This document shows positions 50,356-60,188 of a stretch of DNA of 64,000 nucleotides, piece by piece. The translations under genes and the position numbers were made by a program. Source of the DNA: a virus (taxonomy: Duplodnaviria; Heunggongvirae; Uroviricota; Caudoviricetes); the IMG/VR virus record IMGVR_UViG_3300027734_000034. One strand, written 5' to 3'. Positions within the stretch are counted from its first letter, which is position 1. Each line of letters starts with the position of its first letter. The notes below the pieces were generated by a model. It saw only the letters and a list, made by a program, of their open reading frames with translations, had not been told where the DNA came from and did no database searches.

Positions 50356-51555
50356 TTAATATTTCCTTTCTTTAGTGTGTTTTCTGTAATCAGTACTCAT
50401 GCGTAGCATATCATCGCCCTTGCCCTCTAATATATCACAGATTCTATCAATCGTGCTATCGTTACGGTCACTTATCTTTCCCATGTTCTTATGAGGCTCT
50501 TGTAGAAGCCTACGTAACTTACCAATAGCATTATCAATGCTCCAAGGGATATACAAACGGTCAGGATCGTTAGCGAAAGTTTCAGGGAAGCTACGATAAG
50601 CAGGATAGAGAACATTGCATCCGAGTGCATCAGCCTCACTGACTGTGTTCGAAACCCAATCTTGTAACGCACAGTTAAATACAACCCGACTATCATTAAC
50701 AATGTTGTAGTATTCATTCTTTTCTAAATCCTCATGTATTGTCAATAGTCCACGACTCACCAAGTCGCGGGTTCGTTGCATATAGCTGTCGCTATTAGAT
50801 TTAAGTTTACCCCCGCTACACACGCAGAATTTAATATCAGTGTCTGGGTTTTCAGTGTACCATTGTTCAATGAGGTCCATATAGAAATCAGGTTGTTTCT
50901 CCTGATCCCAACGGGCACTGAATACTACACGATTCTTTCGTTCATTAAATGGCTTGATACTAGCGACACGACCTTGTACTTCACTCTTGCCAAATGCTAA
51001 TCCACTGATATTGTAGATTGGAGCACGCCAACCTGCAATCTTCATATGCATTACCATTTCTTCATTAGTTGCTAGTACACCGTCTACGAACGAATCAACC
51101 ATCTTTTCATAATGCCCCATAAATTCTGACATATTCCAAACATGTACAAAATCATCAGGATCAATAGACTGGGCAAGACAGCGAACAAAAATACGAGGAC
51201 GGTGCTCACTACTGATTTGATTGAGTATATAAGGTAGGCTCTCAATACCGGGCTGAAACATGTCCTCAAAGTAGATAACATCTTCATTGTTCAGTTCTCC
51301 TGCTTTCATCATCTTGATTAGATTCATCAGTTGACTCATACCGTAGTATGTGCGACCATGTGCATCTAATACTTGACCCGTTACTATTGCTTGGTCATTA
51401 CTAAGTGTTTCCCCGGGTACTACAACATAGTTGATACCTCTAAGATCAAACACCGTAGTATTCCACTCTTGCAATTGCAGAGTGTACCTTGCTTTGTAGG
51501 GCTCAAGCCCCATGTAATATAGCTTACGCATTATGGACGAGCGTTTTCTTGCCAC
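50356..51555 (-). CDS. GT-B glycosyltransferase-like protein
   Basis: C-terminal NTVSEADALGCNVLYPAY resembles GT1/GT4 E-x7-E region; 399 aa. Confidence 0.35.
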   Translation of the reverse strand: MARKRSSIMRKLYYMGLEPYKARYTLQLQEWNTTVFDLRGINYVVVPGETLSNDQAIVTGQVLDAHGRTYYGMSQLMNLIKMMKAGELNNEDVIYFEDMFQPGIESLPYILNQISSEHRPRIFVRCLAQSIDPDDFVHVWNMSEFMGHYEKMVDSFVDGVLATNEEMVMHMKIAGWRAPIYNISGLAFGKSEVQGRVASIKPFNERKNRVVFSARWDQEKQPDFYMDLIEQWYTENPDTDIKFCVCSGGKLKSNSDSYMQRTRDLVSRGLLTIHEDLEKNEYYNIVNDSRVVFNCALQDWVSNTVSEADALGCNVLYPAYRSFPETFANDPDRLYIPWSIDNAIGKLRRLLQEPHKNMGKISDRNDSTIDRICDILEGKGDDMLRMSTDYRKHTKERKY

Positions 51556-51737
51556 TGATCTCTCGCAACTTTTCCAGTTGCGAATTTTGTATACTGACGA
51601 TAGACATAACTACGTTGGTCGTAGAGTTCTGCTTCGTTGTACTTATAACCAAAATCCACGCAGAATTCTAGATATTTCTCTAGGTCCTCAAAGATTTGTT
51701 GAACACGTGGGTTTGATTGAAAAGTTTGTTTTGCCAT
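51531..51737 (-). CDS. hypothetical protein (68 aa)
   Basis: ORF only. Confidence 0.35.
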   Translation of the reverse strand: MAKQTFQSNPRVQQIFEDLEKYLEFCVDFGYKYNEAELYDQRSYVYRQYTKFATGKVARDQWQENARP

Positions 51738-51746
51738 TTTATTTCC

Positions 51747-52199
51747 TTAGATAGCGAGGTTAGTTAAAGGTTTAGTTACATTATAAAAAATCGTAGCACC
51801 ATTCTCATTGTCCTCTGAGACAGTGATAGTGATATTACGATCTGGATACCGAGTTGCAATAACCTCATAAAGATCATCACTAATCATTTCACAACTTTTG
51901 TAATACAATGCAAGAATGCCTTGAGAATATTGATTCTCTAACCATCGTTTGAATTGAATAAACTCAATATCACGGTCGTTGTGAAATACTTCAATCGTCA
52001 CCTCAAAGTGAAAGATGTGACGATGTGGAGTTGCTAAAAAGCTAACATCATACTCATCACCTGTTGCCAAGTTAGGGTCTGTTGCTGCTGCGGGGTATTT
52101 ATGAATACCTTCTTTTTGAAAACGTACAAAAATTGTACGCATTGCTTTATCTTTAATTCGTTGACGTTTTTCAGCCAATACTTGCGTTTGTTGTTCCAT
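51747..52199 (-). CDS. hypothetical protein (150 aa)
   Basis: ORF only. Confidence 0.4.
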   Translation of the reverse strand: MEQQTQVLAEKRQRIKDKAMRTIFVRFQKEGIHKYPAAATDPNLATGDEYDVSFLATPHRHIFHFEVTIEVFHNDRDIEFIQFKRWLENQYSQGILALYYKSCEMISDDLYEVIATRYPDRNITITVSEDNENGATIFYNVTKPLTNLAI

Positions 52200-52408
52200 T
52201 ATCTATCATCCTCAAAATTAACTCGTTCATGGTCTTCATCCCATTGAAGTCTTGTATATCTTCTTAACTCTAAGTATACATCAAGCCTATCTATTTTCAT
52301 ATCTTTAAGGGCATCTACAGTAAAGTCTTTATCCTGTTCTGCTGCTAGTATTTTAGCATCAAGGTCCTTGAGTTGTTGTTCTAATCTTGCAATTCGTTGT
52401 CTATACAT
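52199..52408 (-). CDS. small coiled-coil protein (69 aa)
   Basis: ORF only. Confidence 0.35.
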   Translation of the reverse strand: MYRQRIARLEQQLKDLDAKILAAEQDKDFTVDALKDMKIDRLDVYLELRRYTRLQWDEDHERVNFEDDR

Positions 52409-52412
52409 ATTA

Positions 52413-54008
52413 TTACTCCAAAACTAATGACATAGCGTCATCGCTATCTTCTATTTCCTCAATTGGTTCTTCATCTACAGTAAACAATTCATTAAACATA
52501 GTCATAGCATTAACTGTTTTTTTACCACTAATACCTTGGCTACCTGATTGGAATTGTTTCCAATAACTACTATGATAGTCAATCAACTCCCATGCTTCAT
52601 CTTTAGTTTTCTTTGAAAAGATTTCATCAACTAATGTAGTGAAGAATCTATCACCTTCAAACTTATGAACAATCATCTTAGGAATCACACCTTGTTCATA
52701 TTGCCGATTAGCCTCTTGAACTGCATTCATATGCATCCAAACATTGTGACTTTGAATCAATGTGTAACTCAATGTATCCCAACTTGTTTTAGTTTCTTTG
52801 CCATGTTGTCCTAAGAATCCTACCCCACGATAACACATATCTTTGAGTGTAAGTAAATCAGTTACTGGACTATCCGTAAATGTTTTATGTATTCCTTCAG
52901 CTAACACCGCATCACGAAACTTGCGAGTATCACTAGCATATGATTTCTTCTCGGCAGTCTTTTCCATTTGATAAGACCACTTCTTATTATGTTGAATAGT
53001 TGTATTAAAATATGCCAATCCTTTAGCTGCACTATAAAATGGACTTGCACAGTCAAAAGTAATTTGAAGTTTAGGATTATGATATTTACGAATAGCTTTT
53101 TGAATATCAGTAAACAATACTGCATATTCTAATATACTTGTACCCAAACAATGTACTAAATCATGCTTATCTTCACGCAATAACCCGTCGTGAATTATTT
53201 CAGTCAATCTACGCAATGTCAAATGAATGTCAATTTTATTTTGTCCACCGAACGCCCATCCGTTAAAATGATTATCTGGATAGATATTTGGGTCACAGTA
53301 TTTTTTCATTTCAGTATACCATGTATCGCTGGCTGTATGATTACGACCCTGCAACACATTTAAAAACTTGCATTTCCCTGAGCGATTTTTTATAAAATAT
53401 TCATTATTGATATGAGTAGCTGTTATAGCTTCTTCAACATTTTTGATACCATGCAGACTTTTTCCAGTACCTGGAATAGTGTTACCATCACTATCTTTTT
53501 CTACTGTCTTAGGGTCTTTCATATGAAAAGTAAGTTCAGACTGACTTGGTATATCTAAACACATACCATAGTCCATGTATGTGTCCATCCATGTTAATAC
53601 TGCTTTGCGTTTTTTCATAGCACGAGGACAGTTAGGATCCTTCCAGTCTGCGGGCCATTGACCTTTTAAAATTTGAAAGCCACCACTGTCACCCAACATG
53701 AATGTACCTTGCTCACGCTCACGTATGATACTCTCATTGTTATCGTTCACAGTGGTATCTAAGTTAGCATGACCGGCAGAGTATAGTCCCCACTTGTAAT
53801 AGTAAAGACCTTCTTTGCTGTTTAAGAAGTTTAATTTCTCAACATCGCCCTTGAACCCTGCAGGGATGCGAGCCTGATCAAAGTATGGTTCACCCTTGCG
53901 TTGCTTACCCAAACCAGCAATATAGAAACTGCTGACTGCGGGTAAGAACAATGCCCATTCAGGGTCTTGTTTTAGTGATAGATTATCCTGGACCATATGG
54001 TAAATCAT
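52413..54008 (-). CDS. dpdA: tRNA-guanine transglycosylase superfamily protein (DpdA-like DNA-guanine transglycosylase candidate)
   Basis: FMLGDSGGFQILKG matches TGT catalytic LTDSGGFQVFSL; GWAFGG cf. TGT GYAVGG; located in 7-deazaguanine gene cluster. Confidence 0.5.
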   Translation of the reverse strand: MIYHMVQDNLSLKQDPEWALFLPAVSSFYIAGLGKQRKGEPYFDQARIPAGFKGDVEKLNFLNSKEGLYYYKWGLYSAGHANLDTTVNDNNESIIREREQGTFMLGDSGGFQILKGQWPADWKDPNCPRAMKKRKAVLTWMDTYMDYGMCLDIPSQSELTFHMKDPKTVEKDSDGNTIPGTGKSLHGIKNVEEAITATHINNEYFIKNRSGKCKFLNVLQGRNHTASDTWYTEMKKYCDPNIYPDNHFNGWAFGGQNKIDIHLTLRRLTEIIHDGLLREDKHDLVHCLGTSILEYAVLFTDIQKAIRKYHNPKLQITFDCASPFYSAAKGLAYFNTTIQHNKKWSYQMEKTAEKKSYASDTRKFRDAVLAEGIHKTFTDSPVTDLLTLKDMCYRGVGFLGQHGKETKTSWDTLSYTLIQSHNVWMHMNAVQEANRQYEQGVIPKMIVHKFEGDRFFTTLVDEIFSKKTKDEAWELIDYHSSYWKQFQSGSQGISGKKTVNAMTMFNELFTVDEEPIEEIEDSDDAMSLVLE

Positions 54009-54369
54009 TAACCTCTTCTTTTTTAATTAAAGTTCTGACAATACGTATCTGTTCTTCTTTTTGCTTGATAGTGTCTAGTAAATCTTTGATAGTGGGATTA
54101 GTTTCTGCTAATGCTGATAATTCCATTTCTTCATCACGCTTTTTTCTAGCCCAATCAAGTAATGATTCTGCATCAGATGATAACCCAATACTTGCATAGC
54201 TAGTATTCATTGTCATCCAAGTACTTCCGTCAAACACTTGCGTATCAGTACCATTAATACGTATCATCCCTTGAATAGGATTGTTTATATTCTGATTGAT
54301 ATAGGGAACACTAGTGTTCCCTGCGGAAACAACGGTGTACTTACCCATTGGAGCTATACCCTTGATCAT
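53983..54369 (-). CDS. hypothetical protein (128 aa)
   Basis: ORF only. Confidence 0.4.
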   Translation of the reverse strand: MIKGIAPMGKYTVVSAGNTSVPYINQNINNPIQGMIRINGTDTQVFDGSTWMTMNTSYASIGLSSDAESLLDWARKKRDEEMELSALAETNPTIKDLLDTIKQKEEQIRIVRTLIKKEEVNDLPYGPG

Positions 54370-55097
54370 TTTTTGTTCGCTGGAAGCAAGTAAACATATG
54401 TTGCGATACCACTATCAACTGTAATCTCAGTCGCACCTTGTTCGCTAATCTTGACTTTCTTGTCACCAACTTGATCCATGATACTCAAGAATTCTTTAAC
54501 GGGCCACTTATGTGTACCAGCTAGTGTACCAGTCACTGGGGTGTTGAACACAAAGTTACCACTGTGAGTTGATGCATCACCAAAGTATATCTTCAAATCA
54601 CTGCCATCAGTTTTGAATACAAAATGTTCTTCTTCGCTATTAGCATTTGCTTGCTTTTTAAGACGTTGAATACCTGCAACTGTCGGCTCAAATTCAACAT
54701 TCCATTTAGCACCTTTGAATGATACACTCTTAACTTTTTCATCGACTACGCTTTTAAGCATAAGACGATAGTCATTAACAAAATCACCGTTCTTTGTTTC
54801 GAAATGAATAGTAGATGGAACATCTACACCATCACGCTGAGTACGAACAACATTGATTTTAGCATCTTTGTCATATTCGTCAAACCCGATAATTGTCTTG
54901 AGTTTACTCAAGTTAGGCATACCAAACACACCGATAAAGTCAGCTAGTGGGTCTTTGAATGTACCACTTACGATAACATTTTTGTTTTCAGCTACTGCAT
55001 TGATAGTAGTCTCTGTATCAGTACCAGTAACTTTAACAAGTTCAATTGTACCAAGACCATGCGTATGGTCAATTAAGTCTTTTAAATAATCTTTCAT
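54366..55097 (-). CDS. hypothetical protein (243 aa) immediately downstream of DNA polymerase
   Basis: ORF only; no convincing match to T4 gp45 clamp. Confidence 0.4.
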   Translation of the reverse strand: MKDYLKDLIDHTHGLGTIELVKVTGTDTETTINAVAENKNVIVSGTFKDPLADFIGVFGMPNLSKLKTIIGFDEYDKDAKINVVRTQRDGVDVPSTIHFETKNGDFVNDYRLMLKSVVDEKVKSVSFKGAKWNVEFEPTVAGIQRLKKQANANSEEEHFVFKTDGSDLKIYFGDASTHSGNFVFNTPVTGTLAGTHKWPVKEFLSIMDQVGDKKVKISEQGATEITVDSGIATYVYLLPANKK

Positions 55098-55175
55098 TTT
55101 GTTTCCTTTGTTTAAAATATTTAGGAGTTCCTATCACGTATTATAGTGGAATATATTGCAATAGTCAACACCAGT

Positions 55176-57881
55176 TTAACCGAATGTGAATAAATCATCA
55201 AATGTTGAATTAACATCGGTGTTGCTTCTGATATCCCAATCTAATACACCAAGCAAGTTGTCTATCTTTTCATCAACCAATGTTGATTCCATTAGTAAAT
55301 CATCAAATGGCAATTCTTTGAACCAACTTGGCAATCTCAATTCATCAACCGGATATGCGATACTAGTGAAACCTAATGCATTATCTTTGAGTTTACATAC
55401 AACAATCTTCATACCATCTATAATCTTCTGGCTGTAGTTATCACCGTATACTCTGCGTAGATAGTTCCAGTTGATTGCTGCCCGTGCATGACCGACACCA
55501 CACTTACCAGTCTTTTCAAACTCAATGGTATGCTTAGTCAAATTGTTAACACTCTTTGGACTACCCTTAGTCCAGCTGTCTTGTTCAGACAATTTGTTTT
55601 TGAATTCTTTGACCATTTCAATAACTTTATCCCTTTGAGCACCGGCAAGTACTTTTGTAAGTACATCCATTAAGAATTCTTGTATGTACTTTGGAGTATC
55701 AGCACGTTTCAAGTCAAGACCCATAGCTTTGATATCACCATTCTTGCCGTTTGTGTCTTTACGCTTGCCTTCTTTATCAAAGATATTAATAGCATAACGC
55801 TTCTTAGTAATAAAGATAGCACGATCACCAATCAATTCACGCCCAGCTTTAATGATTAAACCATTCTTTCTTGGAGCATGAAATGCTCGTTCCATGAATG
55901 CAGGGAATGATTCGTTTGCTTGTTCAGCAATACTATCATATAGTCCGATACAAGTTTCTTTGTTCCACTCTAGTTCCCCGTTCGCTATTTGCGAATTGAG
56001 AATAGGATATGCAGTAAAGTAACATGAGTCAGTATCACCATACACAATAGCATTACCATCGTGTGCATATTCACCTGCAATTGTTTCGTTGATTGTACTC
56101 ATCATATGTTTAACAATCTGACGACCACTTAATGTAACTGATTGCCCGATACGCTTATCATAGAATCTGCAATGTTCATTCAATAGTGCGCCATACGCAG
56201 AGTTCAACAAAATCTTACGAACAAGTTGACGTTTATCATAATATTCATATTGGTCAGTGCCATAAGCTGCTTTTGCTTTAGCTTGCATTTCTTTACGTTC
56301 ACTATACCAGCGAGACAATAGTCCTGGGACTACGCCCTCTTTCTCATAAGTAAAGATTGTACCATTCGCAGATAGCATCCATGGGCGATTGCTATCAAAT
56401 ATAATCTTCCATATTTCAGCAGCACTATATTCTTCACTGCGACCATCTTCATAATCTAATGTAAGCATTACTCCACGGTCTTGATTCATAATAGCTGTAT
56501 ACTCTAATACACTAAACAAGTTTTCCCATAGAATAGCACCAGTAACATCATCGTCACCTTCTTTGAATCGTTTCTTAAGGCTAGCAAGTTGCTTGCCCTT
56601 ATCGTCCATATACTTGTCAGTTAATGTCTGACGGACTTGACCAACGATGGTTTCTCCTGCCATGTTGAGGGCACGAATAACCGAGGGATAGAGCGAGTTA
56701 ATGTCAACTGCTCCGACATATTCGTGCATGCCTTTTTTGGGCGTAGCAACGAAGGCACCTGCTGCTGGCGTTGTTTCTTCTGCATTTTCATTCTTTCGTT
56801 TTTTGTCTGGCACTACTAAACCGCGTTCATGCGCTTCATTGAAAATTGCCATTTCAATCATAGCTACAGAACCCATTACTGTTGGCAGTAATACTGTATT
56901 CTCATGTGCTAGCTGATTAGCTAGTTCTAAGAATTGAAGTTTGTTGTGAATCTTCACTAACAACATGGTATCTTGACGATTATATTCAATAAACTTTTTA
57001 AAGTCTTTGTTATACAACTGGTCAAGAGTACCTTCATATTGAGTTTTGTTCTCTCCTACTTCCATCTCACCAATAGCATCTAACTTATATGAATGTCGTG
57101 ATTCATAGTTATACTTTTTGTAGAGTTGTAAATAGTCCAAATGAATACGACCTACTAAATCGTATGTAGTTTCACTTTTGCCAAATCTTTCGTATTCTCT
57201 TGCTTTAGGAAGTTGACCCATCAAGCAAAACTTGCGTGTATCATCCTTACTCATTACTCTTGTGACACGATTAACCATATAAGGTATATCATATCCTTCA
57301 CTGTTCCAGCCAGTCATTACATCAGCATCTTCAATGAGTTGAAAGAAAACATCAAACATATCCTTCTCGTTAGTGAAAAGCATACAGTTCTCAAACTCAT
57401 TACATATTTCTTGCGCTGTTTCTGGACTCATGTGCTTAGGAGCAATGACCAATGTAACTAATGTATCTTGCCAATCCAAATATAATGAGATAGCAGTCAC
57501 TGGATTGAATGGGTCAGTCGTAGGACTAAAACCTTTCTCAGGGTCAAAGTCTACCTCAATGTCAAAGAAGCAAGTATGTAGTTTAGGAACATCTGCCTTA
57601 AGATAGTTTTCACTAAGGCAACGAAAAATTACTGGCACATCACTTTCAAATAATTTCTTACCTGAATGTATACGTTTTTCTTTTTCAAACTCTTGTCGTT
57701 TGCGTGTACTGAAACGATTTACAGGGTCACCATATATACTGCGATACTTTCCCTTATGATCGGGATAGTAGAGTACATAGTTTGTGGGATATTCTTTGTA
57801 TTGACGCTTTCCGTTCTGGTCTCGTTCCACCACATAGATACGATCCTCATCCCTTGAGTGTATTGCATCCACATAGGACAT
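55176..57881 (-). CDS. 43: family-B DNA polymerase (T4 gp43-like)
   Basis: ExoI FFDIEVD; ITGWNSEGYDIPYMVNRV (T4 FTGWNIEGFDVPYIMNRV); motif A VDINSLYPS; motif B KILLNSAYGAL; motif C YGDTDS; C-terminus STFDDLFTFG (T4 ASLDFLFG). Confidence 0.9.
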   Translation of the reverse strand: MSYVDAIHSRDEDRIYVVERDQNGKRQYKEYPTNYVLYYPDHKGKYRSIYGDPVNRFSTRKRQEFEKEKRIHSGKKLFESDVPVIFRCLSENYLKADVPKLHTCFFDIEVDFDPEKGFSPTTDPFNPVTAISLYLDWQDTLVTLVIAPKHMSPETAQEICNEFENCMLFTNEKDMFDVFFQLIEDADVMTGWNSEGYDIPYMVNRVTRVMSKDDTRKFCLMGQLPKAREYERFGKSETTYDLVGRIHLDYLQLYKKYNYESRHSYKLDAIGEMEVGENKTQYEGTLDQLYNKDFKKFIEYNRQDTMLLVKIHNKLQFLELANQLAHENTVLLPTVMGSVAMIEMAIFNEAHERGLVVPDKKRKNENAEETTPAAGAFVATPKKGMHEYVGAVDINSLYPSVIRALNMAGETIVGQVRQTLTDKYMDDKGKQLASLKKRFKEGDDDVTGAILWENLFSVLEYTAIMNQDRGVMLTLDYEDGRSEEYSAAEIWKIIFDSNRPWMLSANGTIFTYEKEGVVPGLLSRWYSERKEMQAKAKAAYGTDQYEYYDKRQLVRKILLNSAYGALLNEHCRFYDKRIGQSVTLSGRQIVKHMMSTINETIAGEYAHDGNAIVYGDTDSCYFTAYPILNSQIANGELEWNKETCIGLYDSIAEQANESFPAFMERAFHAPRKNGLIIKAGRELIGDRAIFITKKRYAINIFDKEGKRKDTNGKNGDIKAMGLDLKRADTPKYIQEFLMDVLTKVLAGAQRDKVIEMVKEFKNKLSEQDSWTKGSPKSVNNLTKHTIEFEKTGKCGVGHARAAINWNYLRRVYGDNYSQKIIDGMKIVVCKLKDNALGFTSIAYPVDELRLPSWFKELPFDDLLMESTLVDEKIDNLLGVLDWDIRSNTDVNSTFDDLFTFG

Positions 57882-58192
57882 TACAGTGTTTTACCCACAG
57901 TTTCCAAGATAGTATTTAATTCCTCGTGGTCGGCATTTGTTTGACCAAGACTTGCTTTGTGTGCGACAGATATTGCCTTCTTAAGAATGCTAGGCTTTAC
58001 TTCTAGTTCTTCTGCAATAGCCTTGACAGTATCACTTAGACCCTCGCGTAGGGTATCGATCTCGTGTAATACTACCATGCCCTCGTTGATAAGTTGAGTC
58101 AACTTAATCTTTTGCTCTCCGGTAAACATTTTATCACTCATAGTTTCTCCTTGTAAAGTAATTAGTATACATGCCTTGTGTAGAAAAGTCAA
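57881..58192 (-). CDS. hypothetical protein (103 aa), stop overlaps polymerase ATG (TAATG)
   Basis: ORF; translational coupling. Confidence 0.4.
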   Translation of the reverse strand: MTFLHKACILITLQGETMSDKMFTGEQKIKLTQLINEGMVVLHEIDTLREGLSDTVKAIAEELEVKPSILKKAISVAHKASLGQTNADHEELNTILETVGKTL

Positions 58193-58797
58193 ACATTTTG
58201 CTGTTTTTCTACAATCTTTTTAACCACAGTATTCAGTCCTGGGTTAATATGTAATGCGTGTGGCATTAAATGTGTTCTTACATAGTTACGCATATACTTC
58301 GTGTCATCATTGCTATTATCGTGACACCAATCAATTGATTTCTGTTCGCACCATTTTGTGAATTCGATTTTGTTTGTAGTTAGAAATGGGCGAACAACAT
58401 TGTTTCTTTTTGCTGGGATAACTTTGGCTTGTCCATGCATTGCTGACCAAAGATATGTTTCTACGCAATCATCTAAGTGATGACCAGTTATCACTGGACC
58501 CAATGAATTGCCAATACTATCCAAAAAATCATAGCGTTCATTACGCCAATGTTCTTCCATGCTAAGTTCTTTGGGTTTACTCTTTTTAATCATCCCAATC
58601 ATCAATGGAAGTTTTCGTTCTGTGCAGAAATTAGCAACAAATTGTAAGGCTCGTTCGCTATTCTCTGTTCCATGATGGAAGAAAGCGCAACCTACCTTAT
58701 GCTTGTGTGAAAGGAAATCAGTGATGGCAACAGAGTCAACACCGCCACTAAGTGCGACAACAACTTCTTTTGGTAATGGAAAGAGTAGTTTTAGCAT
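58189..58797 (-). CDS. PP-loop ATP pyrophosphatase, TilS N-terminal-domain-like (not a canonical QueC)
   Basis: PP-loop VVALSGGVDSVAI; TilS-type motifs VITGHHLDDCVETYL (AHHxDDQxET) and RNYVRTHLMP (RNRIRHELLP); lacks QueC Zn-ribbon Cys cluster and TilS C-terminal domains. Confidence 0.5.
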   Translation of the reverse strand: MLKLLFPLPKEVVVALSGGVDSVAITDFLSHKHKVGCAFFHHGTENSERALQFVANFCTERKLPLMIGMIKKSKPKELSMEEHWRNERYDFLDSIGNSLGPVITGHHLDDCVETYLWSAMHGQAKVIPAKRNNVVRPFLTTNKIEFTKWCEQKSIDWCHDNSNDDTKYMRNYVRTHLMPHALHINPGLNTVVKKIVEKQQNV

Positions 58798-58823
58798 CTA
58801 CGCATTATAGCATAGAAACGATT

Positions 58824-59408
58824 TTATTGAAAGATTTCTGGGTGACTTTTGCCAAATATTTTCATGGCTTTGCCCGCAGTCATATCTGCTAGCATTTCAA
58901 TTGGGCTACCAGGATAACTATCGCCCGGTTCGATCATATTCAATTCACCTTGACGTACATGGGTTAGTTCGTGATAAACGGTACGCATAATGTCAACCAT
59001 GTTACGATTAGCAACATATACCCAAACACTGTTATCGTTTTCTGAATGACGACCGGTGTGATGTCCTTGTTGTGCTTCTTCGGTATTGTAACTGAATTCA
59101 AATTTAGGTGTAGATTGTAGATGTAATTCTTTACTAGCCCACTGGATGAATTTTTGCATTATTGGATTGTCTTCCAAGAAGTTTGGTTCATCGCTTGCTT
59201 CATCTAATTTACCCTTGACCCATTCATCTGGTGATCTTTTGAATTTGTGAACGAACAAATCATGTAATGCTTTACCAGTGATACGATGTTTACTTGCAAT
59301 ATTTTGCATCAACTTGTCAATAGTATTATAGTCATATTTTTGCAATGACGGTAGTCTTTTTGATAATTCAATTGCAGCGGATTCAACAATGATGTGTTTT
59401 GTGAGCAT
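58824..59408 (-). CDS. hypothetical protein with C-terminal HExxH motif. The track start at 59432 is GTG; ATG is at 59408.
   Basis: VYHELTHVRQG; GATAAATAC box ends 3 nt upstream of ATG. Confidence 0.4.
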   Translation of the reverse strand: MLTKHIIVESAAIELSKRLPSLQKYDYNTIDKLMQNIASKHRITGKALHDLFVHKFKRSPDEWVKGKLDEASDEPNFLEDNPIMQKFIQWASKELHLQSTPKFEFSYNTEEAQQGHHTGRHSENDNSVWVYVANRNMVDIMRTVYHELTHVRQGELNMIEPGDSYPGSPIEMLADMTAGKAMKIFGKSHPEIFQ

Positions 59409-59411
59409 TAT

Positions 59412-59420
59412 GTATTTATC
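59412..59420 (-). promoter_or_regulatory. GATAAATAC motif 3 nt upstream of ATG at 59408
   Basis: Minus strand GATAAATACATAATG. Confidence 0.3.
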
Positions 59421-59504
59421 AATGGTGCTCACTTTAACGAACTAAATGGGTAGCGATTCCTATTCGTTGGCCAGCAGCCGGCCACACGGCCCTAAGGTGT
59501 GTTC

Positions 59505-60188
59505 TTACCAAGAATTTTCTTTTAATTCTAAGGTGTATGTATCAAATCTTTTCAATCTAGCTAAAAACTCATTAGTTTGTTCAGTAACAATTCCAGTCAT
59601 TTGAAATGTAACTCGTGGAACATGTCCTGCATTTGCAGTAGAGTGCGGAACATTCTTCCAATCAAATGTACTGACATCGCCGGCTTTCCATCCAGTGTGA
59701 TTATAATTACCATAACTCCAAAAATGTCCCATCTGCCAATCTGTTAATTGAACAACGATTCTAGTAACTAAGTATGGTTGTTCTGGATTCCATTTTTCAA
59801 GTTTGTCTAAATGCAAGTTCCAAACTTCACCCGGCATCTGCACATGTACACGATTCATGCAATCTTTCAATCCAAACAAATCACTAATCTTTTGCAGATT
59901 GGGAGATATCTTCCATGATAGATGACTGATTATATAATCTTTACCATACCCGGTTTGTTCTAAATCATAATCTTCTGCTGCTAGTTCTTCTTCAGGTCTA
60001 GATTTACCTGCTTGTCCTCGTGTACGCCATGTTGCAGGTTTGCTATTACTAACTGCGTTTTCAACATCACTAGAGTAGTCAGCAATAATTCTTCCTAACT
60101 TAACAACTGTGTCATAGTTTGGGTCCATTTTAGTTGTATCAAAGTGATACTTACTTCTTATTTTTGTATTTTCCCAATTTGAATTCAT
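59505..60188 (-). CDS. hypothetical protein (227 aa)
   Basis: ORF only. Confidence 0.4.
   Translation of the reverse strand: MNSNWENTKIRSKYHFDTTKMDPNYDTVVKLGRIIADYSSDVENAVSNSKPATWRTRGQAGKSRPEEELAAEDYDLEQTGYGKDYIISHLSWKISPNLQKISDLFGLKDCMNRVHVQMPGEVWNLHLDKLEKWNPEQPYLVTRIVVQLTDWQMGHFWSYGNYNHTGWKAGDVSTFDWKNVPHSTANAGHVPRVTFQMTGIVTEQTNEFLARLKRFDTYTLELKENSW

Noticed and set aside
54366-55097. Possible gp45 sliding clamp because it follows the polymerase
   Set aside because: I could not find convincing alignment to T4 gp45, and gene-order arguments are weak. Left as hypothetical.
58189-58797. Initial impression that this SGGxDS protein is QueC
   Set aside because: The motifs HHxDDxxET and RNxxRxxLxP are TilS-type. 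There is no QueC C-terminal Cys4 zinc ribbon.
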